Source: Patescibacteria group bacterium | GTDB lineage: Bacteria; Patescibacteriota; Minisyncoccia; Phycocordibacterales; JAKFXT01 | Direction: 5' to 3' | NCBI GenBank assembly: GCA_021731245.1 | Contig: JAKFXT010000019.1 | Span: forward strand, 1-55,153 | Length of the DNA stretch: 55,153 nt | Shown here: piece after piece, positions 45,606 through 53,869 of the stretch | Layout: each line of letters opens with the position of its first letter | Numbering within the stretch: position 1 is the stretch's first letter | Notes under the pieces: model-generated | Databases searched by the model: none | What the model was told of the DNA's origin: nothing | Seen by the model: only the letters and a program-made list of their open reading frames with translations | Made by a program: the position numbers and the translations under genes

Positions 45606-47300
45606 ATGGGAAAGTATACTCTGAGAGAAAGTGCACCGGATGAAATTCAAAAAGAATTTTCAGCATATCCTGAAATATTAAGAGATTTATTTTTTAGTAG
45701 GGGGATTACGAATTTAAAAGAAGCTCAAGAATTCACAAATCCTTCCTATGAAAATCACACCCATGACCCGTTTCTAATTGCTGGAATGGATAAGGCCGTG
45801 TCGCGCATTTTAAAAGCTATAAAAGATAAGGAGCGAATTGTGATTTGGAGCGACTATGATCACGATGGAATTCCAGGAGGAGTTATTTTGCATGATTTTT
45901 TTAAAAAGATTGATTACGAAAATTTTTTAAACTATATTCCACACCGACACTCTGAAGGTTATGGTGTGAACGAAGGAGGCGTGGGAACTCTTTTTAAAGA
46001 TAAGGTGACGCTTATGATAACTGTTGATGTTGGTATCACAGATGTGGATCCGATTTCAAAGGCCCAAGACTTAGGGATTGATGTCATTGTGACCGACCAC
46101 CATTTGCCAGGAGAAAAACTGCCGAAGGCATATGTGATTTTGAATTCAAAACAAGATCACTGTGATTATCCAGACGATATGCTCTGTGGAGCCGCTCTTG
46201 CTTGGAAATTGGTCACAGCTTTAATTGAAAAAGGTAATTTTAGAGAAAAAGTCGGAGAAGGATTTGAAAAATGGCTTTTGGATTTGGTTGGAATTTCTAC
46301 TATTGCGGATATGGTGCCGCTCGTAAAAGAAAATAGAGTTTTGGCGCATTACGGATTAAAGGTTTTACGAAAAACTAGACGACCTGGACTTTTGAAACTA
46401 TTTAAAAAAATTGGAATAAGGGCAAATTTTCTTGCTGAAGATGACGTTGGTTTTTCCATAGCCCCTCGCATTAATGCAGCGTCTCGTATGGATAATCCAT
46501 ATTTAGCTTTTGAATTACTTTCAAGTACAGATGAAATAAGGACAGAAGAGCTGGCCGTAGAACTGCATAAATTAAACGATGTTAGAAAAGGCACTGTCGC
46601 CGCTATGGTTAAAGAAATGAAACACACTCTTTTGAAAAGAGAATTAATACCGAGTGTAATTGTTATGGGGAACCCACATTGGCAGCCAGCGCTTTTGGGT
46701 CTTGCCGCTATGAATCTTGTGGAAGAACACAATAGACCGGTATTTCTTTGGGGCAAAGAAGGAGGCGGAGTTTTGAAAGGATCATGTCGTTCAGATGGCT
46801 CCGTTAATCTCGTTTCTTTAATGCAAGTAGTTAAAGAGGGAGTTCTTCTTGGTTTTGGAGGCCATGCATATTCTGGAGGATTTTCGGTTCATGATGATGA
46901 AATACATTTTCTAGAGGATCATTTAAATAATGCATATGAGAAAGTTGATAAAAAAGAAATGGAAAAAGAAATTATAATTGATAAAAAATTAAATCTTGAT
47001 GATTTAAACTGGAAACTTTGGGACACTCTCTCACTCCTTTCTCCGTTTGGAGTTGCAAATCCCAAACCACTTTTTTTATTTGAAAACGTAGTCCCAGAAA
47101 AGGTAAGAACTTTTGGGAAAAAGAATGCACATTTGGAAATTACTTTTAGAAAAGATAATGGGGACTTTGTAAGGGCTATTGAATTTTTCAGTAATCGTGA
47201 AATTAAGGAAAATGAAAAAATAAATCTTGTCGCTACACTTGAGAAATCAACTTTTGGTAGATACCCAGAATTGAGATTAAGGATTGTTGATTTACTTTAA
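45606..47300 (+). CDS. recJ: single-stranded DNA exonuclease RecJ
   Basis: DYDHDG, TVDVG, TDHH, PRINAASR, GSCRS and GGHAYSGG. Confidence 0.95.
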   Translation: MGKYTLRESAPDEIQKEFSAYPEILRDLFFSRGITNLKEAQEFTNPSYENHTHDPFLIAGMDKAVSRILKAIKDKERIVIWSDYDHDGIPGGVILHDFFKKIDYENFLNYIPHRHSEGYGVNEGGVGTLFKDKVTLMITVDVGITDVDPISKAQDLGIDVIVTDHHLPGEKLPKAYVILNSKQDHCDYPDDMLCGAALAWKLVTALIEKGNFREKVGEGFEKWLLDLVGISTIADMVPLVKENRVLAHYGLKVLRKTRRPGLLKLFKKIGIRANFLAEDDVGFSIAPRINAASRMDNPYLAFELLSSTDEIRTEELAVELHKLNDVRKGTVAAMVKEMKHTLLKRELIPSVIVMGNPHWQPALLGLAAMNLVEEHNRPVFLWGKEGGGVLKGSCRSDGSVNLVSLMQVVKEGVLLGFGGHAYSGGFSVHDDEIHFLEDHLNNAYEKVDKKEMEKEIIIDKKLNLDDLNWKLWDTLSLLSPFGVANPKPLFLFENVVPEKVRTFGKKNAHLEITFRKDNGDFVRAIEFFSNREIKENEKINLVATLEKSTFGRYPELRLRIVDLL

Positions 47301-47347
47301 TAATACTGATTGAATAAGAACCTCTGTTCTTTCTGGGGGGGGTAATA

Positions 47348-47599
47348 ATGGAAGAGCTCTTCCATCGACTTGTTCTAAATAACGCCTTAAACCCCTTAAC
47401 CTCTAAAGACGACGAGGAGATTGTGTTTTCGGCACTTGAACGTGATTTAAAGAAACTTTATCGACGTACGGTTAATGTAAGGATTTTGGATATTGTCGTT
47501 GAAGGAAGGCCTCTTCTCGGTTGGGAAAAGGGGAGTGATTTGACAGACGAGGCAGCAATTCCGGTTACGACCGTCATCGTAAAGTACAATTTCCGCTAA
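47348..47599 (+). CDS. hypothetical small orphan protein
   Basis: G-run SD; followed by the AAAAGCCGC/GCGGCTTTT terminator. Confidence 0.5.
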   Translation: MEELFHRLVLNNALNPLTSKDDEEIVFSALERDLKKLYRRTVNVRILDIVVEGRPLLGWEKGSDLTDEAAIPVTTVIVKYNFR

Positions 47600-47657
47600 C
47601 GCCTGTTTAACTAAAAGCCGCCCTGGAAGCGGCTTTTGATATACTTAATTTAAATTT

Positions 47658-47810
47658 ATGAAAGAAGTAACGATTTATTGTGATGGCAGCGCTATAGGGA
47701 ACCCTTGGTCTCCTTGGAAACCCACGGTTTTCCAACGAGCTTCGCTCTGCCTTCCTCCACGGGAAAACAGAACTAGTGTTTTCCCGACCCCTTTCCTGGT
47801 CCAGGATTGA
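47658..47810 (+). pseudogene. interrupted duplicate of the rnhA 5' end
   Basis: Encodes MKEVTIYCDGSAIGNP, then an ~90-bp hairpin-rich insert, then CCT GGT CCA GGA (PGPG) out of frame. Confidence 0.8.
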
Positions 47811-47828
47811 TGTGTTTATATTTAATAT

Positions 47829-48527
47829 ATGAATTTTTCTAAAGAAATAACAATATACTGCGACGGTAGCGCCATCGGTAATCCTGGACCTGGGGGATGG
47901 GGGTCAGCTATTTTAATATTTCAAAATCGGGGAGGCAAAGTAGTAGAAGAAATTGGTGGGTTTGAAAAACACACAACTAATAACAGAATGGAAATTACCG
48001 CTGCAATTGAAGGCTTAAAAAAAGCCGTTAGAAATTCTGAAGTTACTGTAAAAACTGATTCACAATATTTAGTAAATGGAATTACTAAATGGGTTTTTGG
48101 TTGGCAGCGTAATGGTTGGAAGACAGCACAAAAGGGAGACGTTTTGAATAAAGAGTTATGGCAAGAATTAATGAAAGTGTCGGCGGATTTAGATGTGACA
48201 TGGGAGCATGTGAAAGCGCACTCAGGTATAACCATGAATGAAAGAGTAGATAAAATAGCCAATGGTTTTGCACGAGGAGAAAAAATAAAATTATATAAAG
48301 GAGGAGACAAGGACTACAAAACTTTCTTGGAGGGTGAACCAAAAGCGAGGGCTACTTCAGGAAGTGGCAAGGCATATTCCTATGTCTCTTTGGTTGGAGG
48401 AGAGGTAAAAACTCATAAAACTTGGAGCGAATGTGAAAAACGAGTAGCAGGGCAAAAGGCGAAGTTCAAAAAAGTTTTTAATAAAGAAGAAGAAGAGTCT
48501 CTAATAAAACAGTGGCAGATAAATTAA
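47829..48527 (+). CDS. rnhA: ribonuclease HI with C-terminal hybrid-binding-like domain
   Basis: YCDGSAIGNPGPGGWG, TTNNRME, TDSQY, HVKAH and NERVD; C-terminal TWSECEKRVAG..AKFKK. Confidence 0.93.
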   Translation: MNFSKEITIYCDGSAIGNPGPGGWGSAILIFQNRGGKVVEEIGGFEKHTTNNRMEITAAIEGLKKAVRNSEVTVKTDSQYLVNGITKWVFGWQRNGWKTAQKGDVLNKELWQELMKVSADLDVTWEHVKAHSGITMNERVDKIANGFARGEKIKLYKGGDKDYKTFLEGEPKARATSGSGKAYSYVSLVGGEVKTHKTWSECEKRVAGQKAKFKKVFNKEEEESLIKQWQIN

Positions 48528-50005
48528 GGAGCAAAATACTTTTATTATTGGTTTTAGGTTTTGTTTTGGGAGTTTTCTTCGCTTCTTTTATAGATATAAG
48601 TATATATTTGTACTTATTTGTATTTTTACTTTCATTCGGACTCATTGTTTTAGGAATCTTTCTAGAAAAAGAAAAAGCCAGAATTTATATTTTAGGCGCT
48701 CTTTTTATTTTTGCCCTTTCCCTTGGAGTTTTGCGATTTGATATTTCCAAGAGTAATTTAAATTCAAATTTGTTACCGAGTGGGAGCTCGTTTTTTGAAG
48801 GAGTTATTTCTGAGGAACCTGACTATAGAGAAAATACCACTCTACTGACTGTTTCTCTGTCTAAATTTGGTGAAGTGGAATCTAAAGAAAAAATCCTTGT
48901 GTTTACTGATGTCGGTGTTTCGTATAAATATGGAGAAAAAGTAAGTTTGTTTGGCGCACTTGAGAAGCCAGAAAATTTTGAGACAGACACGGGGCGTATT
49001 TTTGATTATAAAAACTATTTAAAAAAAGAAGGAATAAATTATATTTTAAGCCGGCCACATATTGAGATTGAGGAAGAACGTGAGGGAAATAAAATAAAGC
49101 AGGCCCTTTTTGATACCAAGAATGTTTTTGTGGAAAAATATGAAAAAGTAATAAATGAACCAGAGTCATCTTTGCTCGGGGGACTTTTACTTGGACTAAA
49201 GCAGGGCTTAGGAAAAGAGTGGAGTGATATTTTGCGAAACGCAGGCATTATTCATATTGTTGTTCTCTCTGGTTATAACATTACGATTGTCGCACAATTT
49301 CTGATGAAACTTTTTGGGTTTTTACAATTACGTTATCGCTTGTCTTTAGGAATTATTTCTATAATAGCTTTTGCAGTGATGACCGGGGGCTCTGCGACGG
49401 TGGTAAGGGCGTCTCTAATGGCTTTGATAGTATTGCTTGCGGAGTTTATAAGACGAAAATACGATGTTACTCGTGCGCTTATTTTGGCAGGAGTTTTGAT
49501 GGTGTTTCAAAACCCGCAAATTTTAGTTTTTGATTTATCTTTTCAGCTTTCATTCTTAGCAACGGTCGGACTTATTTATGTTTCTCCAATTATTGAAAAA
49601 TATTTAAGGATTATTCCGGAAAAGCTCGGCTTTAGAGAAATAATCACTGCAACAATTGCAACTCAGATATTTGTTTTGCCATTTTTACTCTATTCAATAG
49701 GCACCTTCTCATCAGTTTCGCTTATTGTAAATATTTTAGTTTTGCCAATAATCCCTTTCGCCATGCTCTTTGGTTTTCTTGCAGGCATATTTGGCTTTAT
49801 TTTTGCGCCAATCTCTATTCTATTTGGCTTTATAACTTATTGGTTATTAAATTACGCACTCTCCACTGCAAAGTTTTTTGGAGAATTGCCGTTTGCCGCT
49901 TACACTGTCCCACAGTTTTCCGCGGTACTAATGTTTATTTTGTACGCAATATTAATTTCCGGAATATTTTATTGGTATAAAAGGAATGCCGCGACCACAA
50001 GATAG
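48512..50005 (+). CDS. comEC: ComEC/Rec2 competence channel (membrane part)
   Basis: GIIHIVVLSGYN, SATVVRASLM and SFQLSFLAT; many TM helices. Confidence 0.92.
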   Translation: MADKLRSKILLLLVLGFVLGVFFASFIDISIYLYLFVFLLSFGLIVLGIFLEKEKARIYILGALFIFALSLGVLRFDISKSNLNSNLLPSGSSFFEGVISEEPDYRENTTLLTVSLSKFGEVESKEKILVFTDVGVSYKYGEKVSLFGALEKPENFETDTGRIFDYKNYLKKEGINYILSRPHIEIEEEREGNKIKQALFDTKNVFVEKYEKVINEPESSLLGGLLLGLKQGLGKEWSDILRNAGIIHIVVLSGYNITIVAQFLMKLFGFLQLRYRLSLGIISIIAFAVMTGGSATVVRASLMALIVLLAEFIRRKYDVTRALILAGVLMVFQNPQILVFDLSFQLSFLATVGLIYVSPIIEKYLRIIPEKLGFREIITATIATQIFVLPFLLYSIGTFSSVSLIVNILVLPIIPFAMLFGFLAGIFGFIFAPISILFGFITYWLLNYALSTAKFFGELPFAAYTVPQFSAVLMFILYAILISGIFYWYKRNAATTR

Positions 50006-50017
50006 TTTTGGTCGCGG

Positions 50018-50275
50018 CTAAATTTTCCTGTTCTCTTTTTTTCCTTTGAAACTTTTTCTCTCGGCTTTGTGCGTCTGAATAAGCTGATAGATAATTCTCT
50101 CTAATTGCCCGAAGGTGCTTACGGGATTGAGAGATCTCACCTTTGCTTCCTCGCAGAGCTTTTCCAGCTCTTCATCGTTTAAGCTCTCCAGGTGATCGCG
50201 TAAACGATTGGAGAAGGCCTCAAAATGGTCTGGCCCTTCGATCCAGCTTTTCAGCCGTCGAGCAAATGTACTCAT
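50018..50275 (-). CDS. hypothetical small orphan protein
   Basis: AAAGGAG SD before the ATG; fills the gap downstream of sod. Confidence 0.55.
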   Translation of the reverse strand: MSTFARRLKSWIEGPDHFEAFSNRLRDHLESLNDEELEKLCEEAKVRSLNPVSTFGQLERIIYQLIQTHKAERKSFKGKKENRKI

Positions 50276-50327
50276 TGGCGACTCCTTTCTTTTCCAAAAT
50301 GAAGATTATTTTAAATGTTATTTAAAG

Positions 50328-50918
50328 TCAATTTGTTTTCTTAAATCTTTCTTCTACAACTTCCCAATTTAGATTTGCTAGAAAAGCTTCAACATATTTA
50401 ACTTTCTCCGCTGGAACATAATCAACCATAAAGGCGTGTTCCCACATATCCATGGCCAAAAGTATTGGAAGTCCGGACATCTGCCCCAATTCATGATCAT
50501 TTACCCAGTATATGTGGGGAGTTTTGCCAATAGGATCGTAGGCAAGAATAGTCCAGCCAATGCCACGCATTAGCCCCACTGCTTTAAAGTGATTTATAAA
50601 TCCGTCCCAACTTTCATATTTCTCAATCAACACTTTTGAAAGTTCGCTGCCTGTATTAACTTCCTTAGCCCCTCCTTCAAATTGTTCAAAATAGTATTCG
50701 TGCATTCGCATACCGTTGAATTCAAATGGAAGTCGGCGCATTACTTCGCCTAGTGCATAAGAGTTCTTTTCAGAATCTTTTCGGAGTTCTGAGAGAGTTT
50801 CTCTTAGAGTGTTGGTAAATTTTACATAACCCTCATAGAGCTTGATATGAACCTCTACTTGCTTAGGAGAAATTCCTTTTAGCTCGGGAATGTTGAATTT
50901 TTTCGCCTCATATTTCAT
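50328..50918 (-). CDS. sod: Fe/Mn superoxide dismutase family protein
   Basis: H..LY.GYV, NGMRMHEYYF, GIGW and DMWEHAF. Confidence 0.88.
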   Translation of the reverse strand: MKYEAKKFNIPELKGISPKQVEVHIKLYEGYVKFTNTLRETLSELRKDSEKNSYALGEVMRRLPFEFNGMRMHEYYFEQFEGGAKEVNTGSELSKVLIEKYESWDGFINHFKAVGLMRGIGWTILAYDPIGKTPHIYWVNDHELGQMSGLPILLAMDMWEHAFMVDYVPAEKVKYVEAFLANLNWEVVEERFKKTN

Positions 50919-50966
50919 AAGTATTTTTGAATAGATTAATAAATTAATTGTACTATACTTTTTATA

Positions 50967-51842
50967 ATGGCTAAGTCCACTAAGGTTTTGCTTCTACTTG
51001 TCGGGGCTTTGATTGTATTTAACTTTTTCATTTGGCGGGCTACTTCTGCAGAAACCCCAAACTCAATTCTTAAAGTTTATTTTCTTGATATTGGTCAGGG
51101 AGATGCAACTTTTATCGAATCTCCAAACGGTAATCAGGTTTTGATTGATGGTGGCCGTACGGACAATAAAGTTTTGCGTGAGCTCGGTGAAGTTATGAGT
51201 CCACTCGATAGAGAAATTGATGTGATTATTGCAACGCATCCTGACGCTGATCATATTGGGGGGCTTCCAGAAGTTTTAAAACGATTTAGAGTAGAAAATT
51301 ATATTGATTCGGGAAATATGGGCAAGAACACGCAGATATTTAATACTCTAACTGCAATTGTAAAAGAAAAAGATGATAGCGGAATGAATTATCTTTTAGC
51401 TAAGAGAGGAGACAGAATTATTCTTGATGCAGAAAAGCAGATTTATTTAGATATTCTGTATCCGGACAAAGACGTGACTTATGTAGAAAGTAATGACGCT
51501 TCAATTGTCGTGAAATTATCATACGGGAAAACATGCTTCATTATGAGTGGGGATGCTTTTCAGGATATTGAGCGCCATGTTTCTAATATTGAAAAAAACA
51601 ACTTGGATTGTGATGTTTTGAAAACGGGCCACCATGGCTCTCGCACTTCAACTGGGGAGCAGTGGGTTGGTTTTGTTTCACCAAAGTATGCAGTTATTTC
51701 AGCGGGTAAAGATAATTCTTACGGCCACCCGCACAAAGAAGTAACAAACATTTTAGAAAAATTTGGAGTGAAAATTCTTCGTACAGATGAAAGTGGAAGA
51801 ATTGAAATTTATTCCGATGGGGGCGGGGTTTATCTAAGATAA
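50967..51842 (+). CDS. ComEC-type metallo-beta-lactamase-fold nuclease (stand-alone)
   Basis: FLDIGQGDA, THPDADHIGG, GHHGSRTS, NSYGHPH and RTD. Confidence 0.9.
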   Translation: MAKSTKVLLLLVGALIVFNFFIWRATSAETPNSILKVYFLDIGQGDATFIESPNGNQVLIDGGRTDNKVLRELGEVMSPLDREIDVIIATHPDADHIGGLPEVLKRFRVENYIDSGNMGKNTQIFNTLTAIVKEKDDSGMNYLLAKRGDRIILDAEKQIYLDILYPDKDVTYVESNDASIVVKLSYGKTCFIMSGDAFQDIERHVSNIEKNNLDCDVLKTGHHGSRTSTGEQWVGFVSPKYAVISAGKDNSYGHPHKEVTNILEKFGVKILRTDESGRIEIYSDGGGVYLR

Positions 51843-51843
51843 A

Positions 51844-51881
51844 AAACTATTCCCTTATTCGTGCGAATAAGGGAATAGTTT
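51844..51881. repeat. near-perfect palindrome or bidirectional terminator
   Basis: AAACTATTCCCTTATTCG-TG-CGAATAAGGGAATAGTTT. Confidence 0.75.
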
Positions 51882-51910
51882 AAAGAGAGCATTTGAAATT
51901 GATGTTTGTT

Positions 51911-52153
51911 TTAGAAAATACCTGCTTTCTTGAGAGTGGCGTAGGCGCCATTCTTATTTATTGTCTTAATTGCTTGAGTTGAAATATTCAAAGTGAAGGT
52001 CTTATTGAGTTCAGGGACGAAAATACGCTTCTTTTTTATATTTGGGTAGCGACGAGAATTACCACAAGGGTTAAATTGGGTTGCACGAGTTCTGTTGGAG
52101 TAGCGTCCTCCAACTAGTGAGCCTTTTTGAGTTATGTCGCAAACTTTTGCCAT
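51911..52153 (-). CDS. rpmB: 50S ribosomal protein L28
   Basis: MAKVCDITQK, RRYPNIKKKRIFVPE and ISTQAIKTI. Confidence 0.9.
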   Translation of the reverse strand: MAKVCDITQKGSLVGGRYSNRTRATQFNPCGNSRRYPNIKKKRIFVPELNKTFTLNISTQAIKTINKNGAYATLKKAGIF

Positions 52154-52219
52154 TTGTTTAAATTAAAAAAACGGGTTTCATACCGCTATTCCGGCATATG
52201 TTATCATACCTTTACCTAT

Positions 52220-52843
52220 ATGCAAGGAGACGTTTTAACAATAGTATTCCAAGTCGCGATACTAGTTTTTTCTGTTGTTTTGCACGAATTAGCTCACGGT
52301 TACGCAGCTAGTTACTATGGAGATCCAACAGCAAAGCTTGCAGGGCGTCTCACTATGAACCCAGTAAGCCACATTGACCCGTTCGGCTCAATTATTTTGC
52401 CCGCTATTATGGCCATGCTTCCGGGAGGAGTCATCTTGGGTTGGGCAAAACCTGTGCCATATAATCCATATAATTTGAAAGGGCGTTTCGCTGAAACTGT
52501 TGTGACAGGAGCGGGGATAATGACCAACTTACTTTTGGCTTTAATCTTTGGACTCATTTTGCGTTTTGGGGGAGCGAGTTTGGGAGAAGGATTCACATCC
52601 TTAGCTGTCTATATTGTTCTTATAAATCTACTTCTGGCTATATTTAACGCAGTACCAATACCACCCCTTGATGGCTCTAAGGTTCTTTCTACAATTTTAC
52701 CTTTTCAGTATCGCAGAGTATTGGACTCACTTGAGAGATGGGGGTTTGTAATTTTGATAGGATTTGTATTTTTTGGTTGGCAGTTTCTTTCTCCAATCAT
52801 ATACGCTTTGTTTGAATTAATAGTGGGTATTTCTATAAGGTAA
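52220..52843 (+). CDS. site-2 protease (M50 family)
   Basis: HELAHG, GDPTAK..GRLT.NP and FNAVPIPPLDG. Confidence 0.92.
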   Translation: MQGDVLTIVFQVAILVFSVVLHELAHGYAASYYGDPTAKLAGRLTMNPVSHIDPFGSIILPAIMAMLPGGVILGWAKPVPYNPYNLKGRFAETVVTGAGIMTNLLLALIFGLILRFGGASLGEGFTSLAVYIVLINLLLAIFNAVPIPPLDGSKVLSTILPFQYRRVLDSLERWGFVILIGFVFFGWQFLSPIIYALFELIVGISIR

Positions 52844-52929
52844 TACCCGCCCCCAATATTCTTGCACTGTAGAGATGTATATAGTAGAGTGTTGCGACAA
52901 AGAGCTTAGGGCTCGATTTTAATTTAAGG

Positions 52930-53346
52930 ATGTCAACAATCAATCAATTAATAAAGAAGAATCGCAAAACTCCTCGTCGCAAAACAAAGACGACGGCTCT
53001 AAGTCGTGGTTTTAACTATGTTAAAAACAGACCGATGTTTTACCCTAGTCCATTTAAAAGAGGGGTGTGCGTAAAGGTAACAACAAAGACTCCAAAGAAG
53101 CCAAACTCCGCTATTAGAAAAATTGCTCGTGTGCGTCTTACTAATGGAATGGAAGTAACTGCTTATATTCCAGGAGAAGGACACAATCTTCAAGAACACT
53201 CTGTAGTATTGCTCCGCGGTGGTCGCGTAAAGGATATCGGTCTACGCTACACTATTGTTCGTGGAGTATTGGATACACAAGGAATTGATAAACGCCGTGT
53301 TTCTCGCAGTCGTTACGGAACAAAACTTCCTAAGGCTGGAAAATAA
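52930..53346 (+). CDS. rpsL: 30S ribosomal protein S12
   Basis: [16 protein letters not shown] and [13 protein letters not shown]. Confidence 0.98.
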   Translation: MSTINQLIKKNRKTPRRKTKTTALSRGFNYVKNRPMFYPSPFKRGVCVKVTTKTPKKPNSAIRKIARVRLTNGMEVTAYIPGEGHNLQEHSVVLLRGGRVKDIGLRYTIVRGVLDTQGIDKRRVSRSRYGTKLPKAGK

Positions 53347-53362
53347 TTTTAAATATTAAAGT

Positions 53363-53833
53363 ATGCGAAGAAAATTAAACATAAAAAGAGTCAAACCACT
53401 AGAAATCGTCTATGGTTCAGAGCAAATTGGGAAATTCATTAATTACATAATGAAAGATGGAAAAAAGAGCACTGCTCGTAAGGTTGTTTATGATGCGCTT
53501 GATATAGTGAAAGAAAAAGCCAAGGTAGAAAACCCATTGGAAATTTTCCAAACAGCCATGTCTAACATTTCTCCAAATATGGAAGTACGTTCTCGTCGTG
53601 TGGGAGGCGCCAACTATCAAGTGCCTCGTGAAGTGCGTCCAGAGCGAAAGCAAGCTCTCGCGTTCCGTTGGATTATTGAAGCGGCTTCAAACAAAAAAGG
53701 AAAACCAATGAGTGTAAAACTTGCTGATGAAATTCTCGCTGCTTCAAAAAATGAAGGAGAAGCTATGAAGAAAAGAGAAAATACTCACAGAATGGCGGAA
53801 GCTAACAAAGCTTTTGCTCACTTCGCTTGGTAA
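53363..53833 (+). CDS. rpsG: 30S ribosomal protein S7
   Basis: [21 protein letters not shown] and [12 protein letters not shown]. Confidence 0.98.
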   Translation: MRRKLNIKRVKPLEIVYGSEQIGKFINYIMKDGKKSTARKVVYDALDIVKEKAKVENPLEIFQTAMSNISPNMEVRSRRVGGANYQVPREVRPERKQALAFRWIIEAASNKKGKPMSVKLADEILAASKNEGEAMKKRENTHRMAEANKAFAHFAW

Positions 53834-53869
53834 GATTACTTTAACTTTTAATAAGTTCTTTATTGTTTT

